Assembly: GCA_963695555.1 (NCBI GenBank)
Contig: CAVOGR010000001.1
Span: 1-64,000 of the forward strand
Length of the DNA stretch: 64,000 nt
Direction: 5' to 3'
DNA from: an uncultured Gemmatimonadales bacterium
GTDB lineage: Bacteria > Gemmatimonadota > Gemmatimonadetes > Gemmatimonadales > GWC2-71-9
Shown piece by piece: positions 22,718 through 32,928 of the stretch. Every line of letters begins with the position of its first letter. Position 1 is the first letter of the stretch. The notes beneath the pieces were generated by a model. That model did not search any database. It saw only the letters and a list, made by a program, of their open reading frames with translations, and had not been told where the DNA came from. Position numbers and translations under genes: made by a program.

Positions 22718-24310
22718 ATGCGATATCTCCTTAGTCTGACAGCACTTGCCGTCGCTACACCCCTGGCCGCCCAGAGCGCCGCGAAGCTCCAGCCGCCGTC
22801 TAAGGCCGTGACCAAGGCCGCCGCCACCATCACCCAGGCCGACGTGGCCCGACGGGTGGGTATCATCGCCGACGACTCGATGATGGGTCGCGATACGCCG
22901 AGCCAGGGGCTCGAACAGACGGCGGGATATATCGCGGGGCAGTTCAAGGCGTTCGGTTTGAAGCCCGCGGGCGACGACAACAGCTACCTCCAGCGCTATC
23001 CGTTGACACTGCGGAAGCTCAAGGTGGACGAGTCGTATATGCAGGCCGCGGAGGTTGAAGGGTTTGGGCTGGTGGTGCTGCCCTATGCGACGTCGGTGGT
23101 ACACCATGTCGGGCCGCTCACGGGAAAGCCGATCACCGCGCCGATGATCATGCTGGGCGGGCCGCCCGACCCCGAGAAGTTCCTGCCGGACAGCGTGCTC
23201 CAGGGCAAGTTCCTCATGTGGATCATGGACTGGGCCACGGTCGACAAGACCGGGAACGCCGTCGTCATGAAGGCCATGAGCGCCGGCATGGCCGGCATCG
23301 TCGCGATCAGCAATCGCAGCCAGGAAGAGGTGGCGCGGGAAGCCGCCCGGGCCGGTCGGGTACAGGTGTCACGCCCGAGCGCCGAAGGCCAGGCCTACAA
23401 CATCCCGCCGGGAGTTGAGGTGCCTGAGGCCGCGATCCTGGAGCAGGTCCCGGAGGCGCAGGAGACCTTCGACCAACTCCGGGCCGCAACCCAGACCACG
23501 ATGTTCCCCTTCCCGGAGTGGGAGGCCACCATCATGGCGGCCGACACCGTCCTCGGCGACACGACTGCCCCGAACGTGGTGGCGATTCTCGAGGGCAGCG
23601 ATCCCAAGCTCAAGAATGAGTACGTGCTCTACACCGCGCATATGGATCACATCGGCATCACCCCGGGCGCGCCCGACAGCATCAACAACGGCGCGGACGA
23701 CGACGCCTCGGGCACGGTGGGTGTGGTGGAGCTGGCGGAGGCGTTCAGCCAGCCGGGTGCGCGGCCCAAGCGGTCGGTCATCTTCGTTACGGTCAGCGGT
23801 GAGGAGAAGGGGCTCTGGGGCAGCGACTACTTCGCCACTCATCCGCCCGTGCCGCTCGAGCAGATCGTGGCCAACATCAACATCGACATGATCGGCCGGA
23901 ACTGGCCCGATACCATCGTCGCCATCGGCCGCGAGCACTCGGACCTGGGCCAGACCCTGGCCGCGGTCGACGCGGCGCATCCCGAGCTGGGCATGACCGT
24001 GATCGACGACCCGTGGCCGGAGGAGAACTACTACCGCCGGTCCGATCACTTCAACTTCGCCCGCCGCGGCGTCCCGATTCTGTTCTTCTTCAACGGCAAC
24101 CACGCCGACTACCACGGCGCCGGCGACTCGCCCGACAAGATCAATGCCGAGAAGGAAGCGCGGATCGTGAAGCTGCTGTTCTACCTGGGGCAGGAGATTG
24201 CCAACGCGCCCGAGCGGCCGGAGTGGAAGGCGGAGAGCTATAAGGAGATCGTGGGGGAGGGGAGTAAGGGAGTAGGGAGTAAGGAGTGGGGAGTAGGGAG
24301 TGAGGAGTGA
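22718..24310 (+). CDS. M28-family peptidase
   Basis: Signal peptide; GRDTPS, TAHMDHIG, NGADDDASG, GEEKGLWGS, RSDH, DYH. Confidence 0.9.
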   Translation: MRYLLSLTALAVATPLAAQSAAKLQPPSKAVTKAAATITQADVARRVGIIADDSMMGRDTPSQGLEQTAGYIAGQFKAFGLKPAGDDNSYLQRYPLTLRKLKVDESYMQAAEVEGFGLVVLPYATSVVHHVGPLTGKPITAPMIMLGGPPDPEKFLPDSVLQGKFLMWIMDWATVDKTGNAVVMKAMSAGMAGIVAISNRSQEEVAREAARAGRVQVSRPSAEGQAYNIPPGVEVPEAAILEQVPEAQETFDQLRAATQTTMFPFPEWEATIMAADTVLGDTTAPNVVAILEGSDPKLKNEYVLYTAHMDHIGITPGAPDSINNGADDDASGTVGVVELAEAFSQPGARPKRSVIFVTVSGEEKGLWGSDYFATHPPVPLEQIVANINIDMIGRNWPDTIVAIGREHSDLGQTLAAVDAAHPELGMTVIDDPWPEENYYRRSDHFNFARRGVPILFFFNGNHADYHGAGDSPDKINAEKEARIVKLLFYLGQEIANAPERPEWKAESYKEIVGEGSKGVGSKEWGVGSEE

Positions 24311-24346
24311 GGAGTAACGAGTGAGGAGGCCGGCTATTCTCGGGAT

Positions 24347-24467
24347 TGTCATCCCGAGGGTGCAAAGCGCCCGAGGGATCTCATCAACGCATGCCTGGGG
24401 ACTTTGCTTCGGCGAGGCGGAGGTCGAGGACCGGTTGAGGAGATCCCTCGCTGCGCTCGGGATGACA
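24347..24467 (+). repeat. Palindromic-ended element copy 8
   Basis: Arms as in copy 1. Confidence 0.95.
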
Positions 24468-24611
24468 TAACGGCGGGAAGACGGAAAGACGGAAAGACGG
24501 GAAGTCTGGAAGACGGGAAGTCGCTCAATCCTATCGCCTTCCTGCCTTTCCGACCTACCGACCAACCGCCTTGCCGCCTTACCGCCCTTCCGACCTACCG
24601 CCTTCGACTTG

Positions 24612-25621
24612 TCACTGATCCTGCAATTGCGCCTCCCCTTCCGGCGCCACCGCGAACTGTGACGGCACTTCGCCGGTGAGCGCGCCGAGGAACGTCAGGA
24701 TCGAGCTGATCTCGTCGGTGGTCAGGTCCTTGCCCAGCTGGTGGTGGGCCATGAGCTCGACCGCCTGTTCCGCTGTGCCGACCTCGCCGCCATTGAAGTA
24801 AGGTGCCGTCTGCATCACGTTCCGGAGGCTCGGTACCTTGAACACCATGCTGTCTGCCGGGTTCTTGGTGACCTCGAACCGGCCCGGGTCCTCATCGTAC
24901 CAGGGCGCGACCACGCCCATCCGCTGGAACATCCGCCCGCCCATGTAGGGGCCGTTGTGGCACGCCTGGCACCCGGCGTTCAGGAACTCCTGGAGCCCGC
25001 GCTTCTCGGCGGCGGTGAGTGCGCGGTGTCGTCGCCTTCGAGGTACTGGTCCCATCGGGCCGGCGTGAGCAGCTGCCGCTCGAAGGCACCGATGGCCCGG
25101 CCCACATTGTCGTAGGTCAACGGGTTCGTCTCTTCGGGGAAGGCCGCCTGAAGACGCCGCTGGTAGCCGGGCAGCTTGGCGAGCCGACGGAGCACCGCCT
25201 GTTCCGACGGCATGCCCATCTCGATCGGATTGAGGATCGGGCCCTTGGCTTGCTCCTCGACGTCCGCGGCGCGGCCATCCCAGAACTGGGCGATGTGCCC
25301 GGCGGCGTTGTACACCGTGGGCGCGTTCCGCCCGCCTTGCTCGCCGGTGATGCCGGTGCTGACCGACTGGCCGTCGGCGCCGTAGGCATCGAGCAGGTGG
25401 CACGTGTTGCACGATTGGCTGCCGTCGGCCGAGAGCTGGGTCTCGTAGTAGAGCCGCCAACCCAGCTCGACCTTGGCCGGTGTCGCCGGGTTGGTCTCCG
25501 ACGTGATGGAGGTAGGCAACGGCGCGAACGCCGCCAGTTGCGCCGGATCGATGGTGACCGCGTCCTGCCGCTGGCACGCAAACGCGAAGCAGGCCAGCAC
25601 GGCAACGGTGAAGTACCGCAT
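24612..25621 (-). CDS. Di-heme cytochrome c peroxidase (lipoprotein), frameshift near 25020
   Basis: SCNTCH, RNAPTVYNA, QFWDGRA, GCQACH, FKVPSLRN. Confidence 0.9.
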
Positions 25622-25826
25622 GGGACAATCCTCTGTGGTGGGACTCCCAAGGATGCGGCGGGGTGTATGAAATGAGGTTGAAGCTTGTTTGAGAAGTGGG
25701 TGAGGAGTGAGGAGAGTAAACAGACGGCGGATGGACGGGTGGGCGGTTGGGCGGCTCCGACTTATTCTCTCGATCTCGATCCGCCGAACAGCCGAACCGC
25801 CGAACCGCCGACTTATTTGCCCTCTC

Positions 25827-25866
25827 TTGACAATGGTTGCATATACCTTGCATATTACTTGCGTAT
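25827..25866 (+). promoter_or_regulatory. Promoter with three 11 bp-period direct repeats
   Basis: TTGACA followed by TTGCATAT, TTGCATAT and TTGCGTAT at 25837, 25848 and 25859. Confidence 0.55.
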
Positions 25867-25893
25867 GCGTGTCACACCTTCAGGAGATGCGCC

Positions 25894-26286
25894 GTGCCAC
25901 CAACCGCCTCGCCCAGTCCTGCCCGTCGCCCTCGGCGGAAGAAGCCGGAGAGCATCCGGCACCAGCTCGCGACTGCGCTGGCCCAGGCCCGCGACACGTT
26001 TCTCCTGACCGACACCGAGCTCGGCAAGCTGCTCGGCGTCAGCCGGCAGGCGGTGGGGCAATGGTGGAGCCGCGGGGTGCCGGTCGCGCAGATGGCCGAA
26101 GTGGACCGGCTGCGCGAGCTGGCCGAGGTGATCGCACGTGATGTGCAGCCGGCCAGGATCCCCGCCGTGATTCGGCAGCCGGCGGATGACTTGGGCGGGC
26201 TCACATTGTTGCAATACGTCAAACAGAACGGGGCGGTGGCGGCACTCGACTACTGGGTGCGTCTCATGGCCTACCTGCCGGCCTAG
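25894..26286 (+). CDS. HTH/Xre-like antitoxin of a RES module
   Basis: AGGAG RBS plus GTG; ELGKLLGVSRQAVGQW HTH; LGGLTLLQYV C-terminal segment. Confidence 0.7.
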   Translation: MPPTASPSPARRPRRKKPESIRHQLATALAQARDTFLLTDTELGKLLGVSRQAVGQWWSRGVPVAQMAEVDRLRELAEVIARDVQPARIPAVIRQPADDLGGLTLLQYVKQNGAVAALDYWVRLMAYLPA

Positions 26287-26289
26287 TCC

Positions 26290-26859
26290 ATGGAACACGT
26301 CGAGCGCTCGGGCACCTATTATCGGGTGTGCGGCCCCGACTGGGCCGACTGTGGCGACACGTCATACAGCAAACAGAAGGGCGGCCGTTGGAACCCGCCC
26401 GGAAGTTTCGGGGTGCTGTACCTGAACAAGACCCGTCAACTGGCGGCACTCCAGGCGCGGCTCAACTTCGTCGGGTCGCCCATCACGCTGTTCGACCTGA
26501 AGCCAGAGCGCCGTCCCCACCTGCAATCGTTCGTGATTCCCAAGCATCGCGTGGTCGACGCCGTGTCCGACCAGGGTCTCACCGCACTCGGCTTGCCCAC
26601 GACCTACCCGCATCGCGTCGGCCACGGCGTGACCCAGCCCATCGGCCAGGCCATGGTCGACGCCGGTGAGGATGGCATCGCGGCCCGGTCGGCGCTTCAG
26701 TCGACCAAACCGGGCGAGTGGTACGGCGAGGAACTGGCGGCGTTCGAGCGCTTTGCGGCGGAGTTCGTGGCGGGAAAACGGGAACGGTTCGCGGAGTGGT
26801 ATCCGAAGACGAGGGAACCGAAGGCGATGGGGAGTGAGGAGTGGGGGAGTGAGGAGTGA
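26290..26859 (+). CDS. RES-domain toxin
   Basis: GGRWNPPGSFGVLYL...TQPIGQAM...GIAARSA. Confidence 0.8.
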   Translation: MEHVERSGTYYRVCGPDWADCGDTSYSKQKGGRWNPPGSFGVLYLNKTRQLAALQARLNFVGSPITLFDLKPERRPHLQSFVIPKHRVVDAVSDQGLTALGLPTTYPHRVGHGVTQPIGQAMVDAGEDGIAARSALQSTKPGEWYGEELAAFERFAAEFVAGKRERFAEWYPKTREPKAMGSEEWGSEE

Positions 26860-26896
26860 GGAGTGAGGAGTAAGGAGGGTCGGGTACGCCTCGGAT

Positions 26897-27016
26897 TGTC
26901 ATCCCGAGCGGAGCGAGGGATCTCCTCAACTTCTTCCCGACCTCCGCCTCTCCCACGCAACGCGCTAGAAATGCGTTAACGAGATCCCTCGGGCGCTCTG
27001 CACCCTCGGGATGACA
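26897..27016 (-). repeat. Palindromic-ended element copy 9 (inverted)
   Basis: Short arm first; spacer related to copies 1 and 5. Confidence 0.95.
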
Positions 27017-27078
27017 ATCCGGAGCCTACCCTGTCCTCCTACTCCCTACATACTGCTCCCTACTCCCTTCCCCACTAC

Positions 27079-27732
27079 CTACGGATACAATCTCCGACTC
27101 ACCCACATATCCGCCTGCTTCCTGAACTCCAACCGATCGTGGAGCCGGTTGGCCCGGCCCTGCCAGAACTCGATGCGGTCGGGCGCCAAGCGGTAGCCGC
27201 CCCAGAAGGGCGGGAGCGGCACGTCGGTGTCTTTGAACTTTTCCTCGTACTCTCGAACCCGGTCGTCGAGCAGCTTCCGGTCCGCGAGTTCCGAACTCTG
27301 TTGCGAGGCCCAGGCGCCGATCCGGGCCCCGCGCGGGCGGGTCCTGAAATACGCCTCGGACTCCTCGGCGGTGAGCCGTGTGACCATGCCCTCGATTCGT
27401 ACCTGCCGCTGTAGCACGGCCCAGTGCGACACCAGGGCGGCGTGCGGGTTCTGCTCCAGCTCCCGGGCCTTCCGGCTCTCATAATTGGTAAAGAACCGAA
27501 AACCTTGGCTGTCAAACCCCTTGAGCAGCACCATCCGCGCCGACGGCCGTCCGTCGGTGGTGGCGGTGGCCAGGGTCATGCTTTCCGGCAGCAGGATGCC
27601 CGCGCCCCGGGCCGCGCGAAACCAGTCGCCGAACAGCTCGATCGGATCGCGGTCGCCGGCCGCCTCGGGCAGGCCGACCACCATGCCCTTGCCCATGGTG
27701 AACAGAGTGCGGAGCGTCGAAATGACGGACAT
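27079..27732 (-). CDS. pdxH: Pyridoxamine 5'-phosphate oxidase
   Basis: PSARMVLLK, FFTNYESRK, RQVRIEG, IGAWASQQS, EFWQGRANRLHDR, RLYP. Confidence 0.95.
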   Translation of the reverse strand: MSVISTLRTLFTMGKGMVVGLPEAAGDRDPIELFGDWFRAARGAGILLPESMTLATATTDGRPSARMVLLKGFDSQGFRFFTNYESRKARELEQNPHAALVSHWAVLQRQVRIEGMVTRLTAEESEAYFRTRPRGARIGAWASQQSSELADRKLLDDRVREYEEKFKDTDVPLPPFWGGYRLAPDRIEFWQGRANRLHDRLEFRKQADMWVSRRLYP

Positions 27733-28034
27733 GGCGATAGGGAGTGGGGAATAGGGAGTAGGAAGTAGATATGCTTCGGACGGTAGGAATGTAGGCGGTG
27801 GGACGAGAGGCGGAAGACCAATGGGTATCCCGGTTGTTGAACCGACTCCCGACTCCCGACTCCCTCGTCTTGTGCTTCCCGCCGCCGATCCGGCGTCCGA
27901 TATTACGGGCGGAAAGAGGGTAAGGCGATAAGGGCGGGACGGTGGAATGTGTCGCCGATGGGCGCCCACGCCGCCTTTCCGACTTTCCAACTGTCCGACT
28001 TTGCGACTTTCCGACTTCTATTGCGAGGTTCCCC

Positions 28035-28436
28035 ATGCGCCAACTTCTCGTCCTTCTGGCCGCGGCACTGGTCGGCTGCGGCGGGCCCACCGAAGTCCAA
28101 TTCGAGCAAGACTTCACCCTTGCCATCGGCAAGTCGGCATCAATCGAGGGCACCCGCATCACGGTGACCTTTCTCAACTTGCTGGAGGACAGCCGCTGCC
28201 CGATCAACGCGATCTGTGTCACGGCCGGCAATGCCAAGATCCAACTCGCACTCCGGGATCCCCGCCGGGTGGCCGAGGTCAACATTCCTGATCAGCCGCG
28301 TGGCGAGTTCGTCGGCCAGATCGAGATCCGGCTGATGGAGCTGACCCCCGAGCCGGAAGTCGGCAAGCAGCTCGACAGGGGCGACTATCGCGCGACTTTT
28401 CGCGCCATCCAGCACAACTCGGCGCCGGTGGGGTGA
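28035..28436 (+). CDS. Lipoprotein with DSRCP...C..AG motif
   Basis: LVGC lipobox; EDSRCPINAICVTAG. Confidence 0.75.
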   Translation: MRQLLVLLAAALVGCGGPTEVQFEQDFTLAIGKSASIEGTRITVTFLNLLEDSRCPINAICVTAGNAKIQLALRDPRRVAEVNIPDQPRGEFVGQIEIRLMELTPEPEVGKQLDRGDYRATFRAIQHNSAPVG

Positions 28437-28496
28437 GCAGGAGAGATAGGGAGTAACTCTGCTGTTAGCCGTTAACCGCTTTTTTGCGAGGTCCCT

Positions 28497-28914
28497 ATGC
28501 GCCCACTCCTCGTCGTTCTGGCCGCCGCGGCGGTGGTCGGTTGCAGCGGGCCCACCGAGGTCAACATCGATCAGGACTTCACCCTCGCCTTTGGCGAGTC
28601 GGTGACCATCGAGAAGCACCGGGATCACGATCACCTTCGAGGACGTACTGGAAGACAGCCGATGCCCGATCAATGCGGTCTGCGTGTGGGCGGGGAACGC
28701 CCGGATCCAGCTCGCGGTCAACACTCCTGCTCGGCATGTCGTGCTCCAGACCCGCTCCGACTCGAACTACGCCGTCGTGTACCAGGAAGGCATCCGGCAG
28801 CTGGTGGTCCAGCTCGGGAACCTGCTCCCCGAGCCCGTGGCTGGGGAAACGACCGACAAGCAGGACTACAAGTCGACTATGAAGGCGATGTGGTGGGAGA
28901 GGCTCGAGCAGTGA
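28497..28914 (+). CDS. Tandem paralogue of the preceding lipoprotein, frameshift near 28620
   Basis: VVGCSGPTEV...EDSRCPINAVCVWAGNARIQL. Confidence 0.7.
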
Positions 28915-29006
28915 GGAGTCAGGAGTAGTAGAGGAGTCAGGAGTAAGGAGTAAGGAGTGAGGAGTGAGGAGTAAGGAGTGAGGAGTGAGGAGTAAGGAGT
29001 GAGGAG
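28910..29006 (+). repeat. G-rich heptamer tract (GGAGTRA)n
   Basis: About 13 units; paired with the C-rich tract 29156-29220 across element copy 10. Confidence 0.95.
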
Positions 29007-29023
29007 GCGGATAACCTCCGGAT

Positions 29024-29142
29024 TGTCATCCCGAGGGTGCGAAGCGCCCGAGGGATCTCATCAACGCATGCCCGGGGAGTCGCGGACCAAGGCCGCGTTC
29101 GAGTAGCAGTCGAGGAGATCCCTCGCTGCGCTCGGGATGACA
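29024..29142 (+). repeat. Palindromic-ended element copy 10
   Basis: Spacer nearly identical to copies 2 and 3. Confidence 0.95.
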
Positions 29143-29205
29143 CCGCGCACGACGTCCTACTCCCGACTCCCGACTCTCGACTCCCGACCCCCTACTCCCT
29201 ACTCC

Positions 29206-30648
29206 CTACTCCCTACTCCCCGCCTTCACAATCCCCTGCAGCATCCCGCGAAACACCAGCTTGTGGACCGGGTAGAGTCCGTACCAGTAGAAGAGCCCGA
29301 ACAATCCCACCGGATCGAACTCGGCGGTTTGGCGGATGACGCTGCCGCCCTCGGCCGGCGTGACCTCGAATTCGAGCCAGGCTCGGCCCGGGAGCTTCAT
29401 CTCGGCGCGGAGCCGGAGCAGGTGATTGGGTTCGAACTGCTCCACCCGCCAGAAGTCGAGCGTGTCGCCCACGCGCACCTCCACCGGGTGGTGCCGGCCG
29501 CGGCGCACGCCGACGCCGCCCACGAGCAGGTCCAGGAATCCCCTGAGCCTCCAGAGCCAATCGCCGTAGTACCAGCCCACCTGCCCGCCGATCCGCTGGA
29601 TCGGGGCAAAGGCCTGCGCCGGAGGCAGATCGACGCGCGCGGTCCGCGAGTCGACGATGCGCGAACCGAAGGTGACGCCGCCCCAGCTCCGCGCGGGCCC
29701 CGCCGCGGACAGCGCGTCCGACCAGCGGGTTTCGGCGATCTCCCGATCCTCGTTCGCGAGCGCCCGTTCGATGGCCTCGCTCAAGCCGCGCGGTTGGACG
29801 GTGAACACTGTGTCAGCCGTTTTGTCCCGCACCAGTGTCGGGTTCCGGAGGCTCTCGACCAGCTTCCGTCCGATGCGGGCGTAGACCGGGGTGACGAGGC
29901 CGAGCCAGAGGCTCGACAGCCGCGGGGTCAGGACGGGGACCGAGATCATGAACCGTTTGAGGCCGCGTTGCCGGGCGTATTCCTGCATGATGTCGCCGTA
30001 GGACACCTGGTCCGGTCCGCCGATCTCAAACACCTGAGATGGTCCATCCGGGATCTCTAAGCTCTGAAGCAAGTATGCCAGCACGTCTTCGATGGCGATG
30101 GGCTGGGCCAGGACCCGCACCCACTTGGGGCAGATCATGACCGGAAGCCGTTCGACCAAGGCACGGATCAACTCGAACGAGAGGCTACCGGAGCCGATGA
30201 TGATCGAGGCCCGGAGTTCGATCACTTGGGCGTCGGACGTGCGCAGCACTTCCCCGGTCTCCTGCCGGCTCCGCAGGTGCTTGGACAGGTGCTGATCGGA
30301 TTCGCCGAGCCCGCCGAGGTAGATGATGCGGCGAACACCGGCGGCCTTGGCCGCGTCGGCGAAGTTCTGGGCCGCGGTCCGGTCTTCTTCTTCGAAGTCG
30401 GACTGGTTGCCCATCGAGTGGACGAAGTAGTAGGCGGTGTCGACCTCCCGGAGGGCCTGGTCGAGCGTGGCCCGATCGAGCAGGTCTCCCCGGACCACCT
30501 GGGTCGACTGCGCCACCTCGCCTTCGAGGCTCTGGGGCCGGCGGGTGAGGCAGCGGACCGGAATACCCCGATCTTCGAGGCGCGGCCGGAGCCGGCCGCC
30601 CACGTAGCCGGTGGCGCCGGTCAAAAGGATGAGGCGGGAGAGAGGCAT
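29206..30648 (-). CDS. Atypical SDR oxidoreductase with C-terminal DUF2867 (YbjT-like)
   Basis: TGATGYVG, YYFVHSM, QPIAIEDV, LRAEMKLPGRAWLEF. Confidence 0.9.
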   Translation of the reverse strand: MPLSRLILLTGATGYVGGRLRPRLEDRGIPVRCLTRRPQSLEGEVAQSTQVVRGDLLDRATLDQALREVDTAYYFVHSMGNQSDFEEEDRTAAQNFADAAKAAGVRRIIYLGGLGESDQHLSKHLRSRQETGEVLRTSDAQVIELRASIIIGSGSLSFELIRALVERLPVMICPKWVRVLAQPIAIEDVLAYLLQSLEIPDGPSQVFEIGGPDQVSYGDIMQEYARQRGLKRFMISVPVLTPRLSSLWLGLVTPVYARIGRKLVESLRNPTLVRDKTADTVFTVQPRGLSEAIERALANEDREIAETRWSDALSAAGPARSWGGVTFGSRIVDSRTARVDLPPAQAFAPIQRIGGQVGWYYGDWLWRLRGFLDLLVGGVGVRRGRHHPVEVRVGDTLDFWRVEQFEPNHLLRLRAEMKLPGRAWLEFEVTPAEGGSVIRQTAEFDPVGLFGLFYWYGLYPVHKLVFRGMLQGIVKAGSRE

Positions 30649-30706
30649 TGATGGAGTAGGGAGTAGGGAGTAGGGAGTAGGGAGTCCGAGAGATGAAAAG
30701 GTATTC

Positions 30707-31213
30707 TGTCATCCCGAGGGTGCGCAGCGCCCGAGGGATCTCGTCAGTCCTGGCTCGTGAGGCGCAGTGACATCAACGGCGACAATTTGGTGCAGATGTT
30801 AGCAGACCGGGCAGCTATTCTGAGGCGTCTCAGTCAGGCAGGTCCAGCATAGCAACCAAGATCATGCAGGTCTACATCTTAGCCAGTCGCTCGCGGAAAT
30901 TGTACGTTGGCGTCACGGCGGACTTGCCGCGTAGAATCTACCAGCATCGCACTGGTCAGGCACTGAGTTTCACTTCACGATACGGCATCACATGGCTCGT
31001 GTACTATGAATGCGCTTCTAGCCCACGGGCGGCGATCGAACGGGAAAAGAGACTGAAGAAGTGGTCTCGTTCCAAGAAGATCGCCCTGGTCGAATCCTCG
31101 AACCCTGACTGGAGAGACCTGGCGGCCAATTGGTTTCCCCGACCCCATGTATCTTATTGGGAATCGGGCTACGGGACAGGGTGAGGAGACCCCTCGCTCT
31201 GCTCGGGATGACA
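30707..31213 (+). mobile_element. Candidate autonomous element: long arm - GIY-YIG gene - short arm (507 bp)
   Basis: Long arm 30707-30742 and short arm 31186-31213, same sequence family and orientation as the 11 short copies; mobility is inferred. Confidence 0.7.
30864..31184 (+). CDS. Stand-alone GIY-YIG nuclease
   Basis: VYILAS...LYVGVT...RRIYQHR...FTSRY...LVYYE...AIEREKRLKKWSRSKK...NPDWRDL. Confidence 0.9.
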   Translation: MQVYILASRSRKLYVGVTADLPRRIYQHRTGQALSFTSRYGITWLVYYECASSPRAAIEREKRLKKWSRSKKIALVESSNPDWRDLAANWFPRPHVSYWESGYGTG

Positions 31214-31312
31214 CAGGAGGGTCGAACTGTTCACGACTGACTATGGGCATCGTTCCAATTCCCAGCCTCCCCACTCATTAGACTGTTCCCTACTCCCTAC
31301 TCCCTAAAGAGC

Positions 31313-32788
31313 ATGCCCACCCCCACCCCCACCCTCCGCCTCCGCCAGCTCAACCCAAGGCCCGTCAATCCCGATGGAGACTATGTCCTCTACTGGATGG
31401 CGGCGTTCCGGCGCACCCGGTACAACTTCGCGTTCGAGCGCGCGGTGGAGTGGGCGCGTGAGCTCGCGAAGCCGCTGGTGATCTTGGAGGCACTCCGGTC
31501 TGATTATCGCTGGGCCAGCGACCGGCTCCACTACTTCGTGATCCAGGGCATGGCCGACAACCACCGCCGCCTCGCCGGGAAACCGGTGACCTACTACCCC
31601 TATCTCGAGCCCAAGCACGGAGCGGGGAAGGGCCTGCTCCCCGCGCTGGCCGAGCGGGCCGCGGTGGTGGTAGGCGACGACTTCCCGTCGTTTTTCCTGC
31701 CTCGGATGGTCCAGGCCGCCGCCAAACAGATTCCGGTTTCGTTCGAGGTGGTGGACTCGAACGGCATCCTGCCGCTCCGCGCAGCGGACAAAATCTTTGC
31801 CCGGGCGCACGACTTCCGCCGCTTTCTCCAGAAGAACCTGGCGCCGCACCTGGACGAGTTTCCCACGGCCGACCCGCTGGCGCGGCTCGAGCTCCCAGCG
31901 CTCGAGCGGCTGCCGTCCGCCATCACCAAGCGCTGGCCAGCGGCCGACGTCAGGGCGCTGGCGGACGACGCGAGCCTCTTGCGCCGGTTTCCCATCGACC
32001 ATGATGTCGGCATTACCGAGACGAAGGGTGGGGAGCGGGCTGCCACGCGCACCCTCCGCCGGTTTCTCGAGCTCAGGCTGTCGCGCTACGCCGAGGAGCG
32101 GAATCAGCCCGAGGTTGACGCCACCAGCGGCTTATCGCCCTATCTCCACTTCGGCCACATCTCGCCGCATCAGGTGTTCCGGGAGCTCATGGACTGGGAC
32201 GGCTGGACCCCCGACAAGCTCGCGGCCAAGGCCACCGGCAGCCGGAGCGGCTGGTGGGGCGCAAGCGAAGCGACCGAGGCCTTTCTCGACGAGTTCATCA
32301 CCTGGCGCGAAGTGGGCTACAACATGTCGTGGCAGCGTGACGACAACGAGCGCTACGAATCGCTGCCCGACTGGGCCAGGATCACACTGGGGGAGCACGA
32401 CCAGGACCGCCGTGAGCATGTCTATTCATTAGAGCAGTTCGCGGCGGCGGAGACCCACGACGACCTCTGGAACGCGGCCCAGCGAGAGCTCACCCGGGAG
32501 GGCCGGATCCACAACTACCTGCGCATGCTCTGGGGCAAGAAGATTCTCGAGTGGACCCGGAGCCCGCGCGCGGCGCTCGACATCATGATCGAACTCAACA
32601 ACCGCTATGCGCTGGATGGGAGGAACCCCAACAGCACGAGCGGCATCTGCTGGGTGCTGGGCCGCTACGACCGGGCCTGGGGCCCCGAGCGCCCGATCTT
32701 CGGCAAGATCCGATACATGTCGAGCGCCAACACCGCGCGGAAGGTGAGGGTGGGGGGATACATTGAAAAGTATGGAGCTGTGGACTGA
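31313..32788 (+). CDS. phr: Deoxyribodipyrimidine photolyase (class II-like)
   Basis: VLYWM, SGLSPYLHFGHIS, THDDLWNAAQ, HNYLRMLWGKKILEW, LDGRNPN, ERPIFGKIRYM. Confidence 0.9.
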   Translation: MPTPTPTLRLRQLNPRPVNPDGDYVLYWMAAFRRTRYNFAFERAVEWARELAKPLVILEALRSDYRWASDRLHYFVIQGMADNHRRLAGKPVTYYPYLEPKHGAGKGLLPALAERAAVVVGDDFPSFFLPRMVQAAAKQIPVSFEVVDSNGILPLRAADKIFARAHDFRRFLQKNLAPHLDEFPTADPLARLELPALERLPSAITKRWPAADVRALADDASLLRRFPIDHDVGITETKGGERAATRTLRRFLELRLSRYAEERNQPEVDATSGLSPYLHFGHISPHQVFRELMDWDGWTPDKLAAKATGSRSGWWGASEATEAFLDEFITWREVGYNMSWQRDDNERYESLPDWARITLGEHDQDRREHVYSLEQFAAAETHDDLWNAAQRELTREGRIHNYLRMLWGKKILEWTRSPRAALDIMIELNNRYALDGRNPNSTSGICWVLGRYDRAWGPERPIFGKIRYMSSANTARKVRVGGYIEKYGAVD

Positions 32789-32928
32789 GAGCTATTAGCT
32801 ATTAGCTATTAGCTATTGGTCAAAGCATTGCCTTCTCGGCGAGCCAATAGCCAATAGCCAATAGCCCTCCGCCTACCCCCGCTCTTTCTCCCTGCTACCT
32901 TTCTCCAACTGTCACTCCGGAGCCCCCT

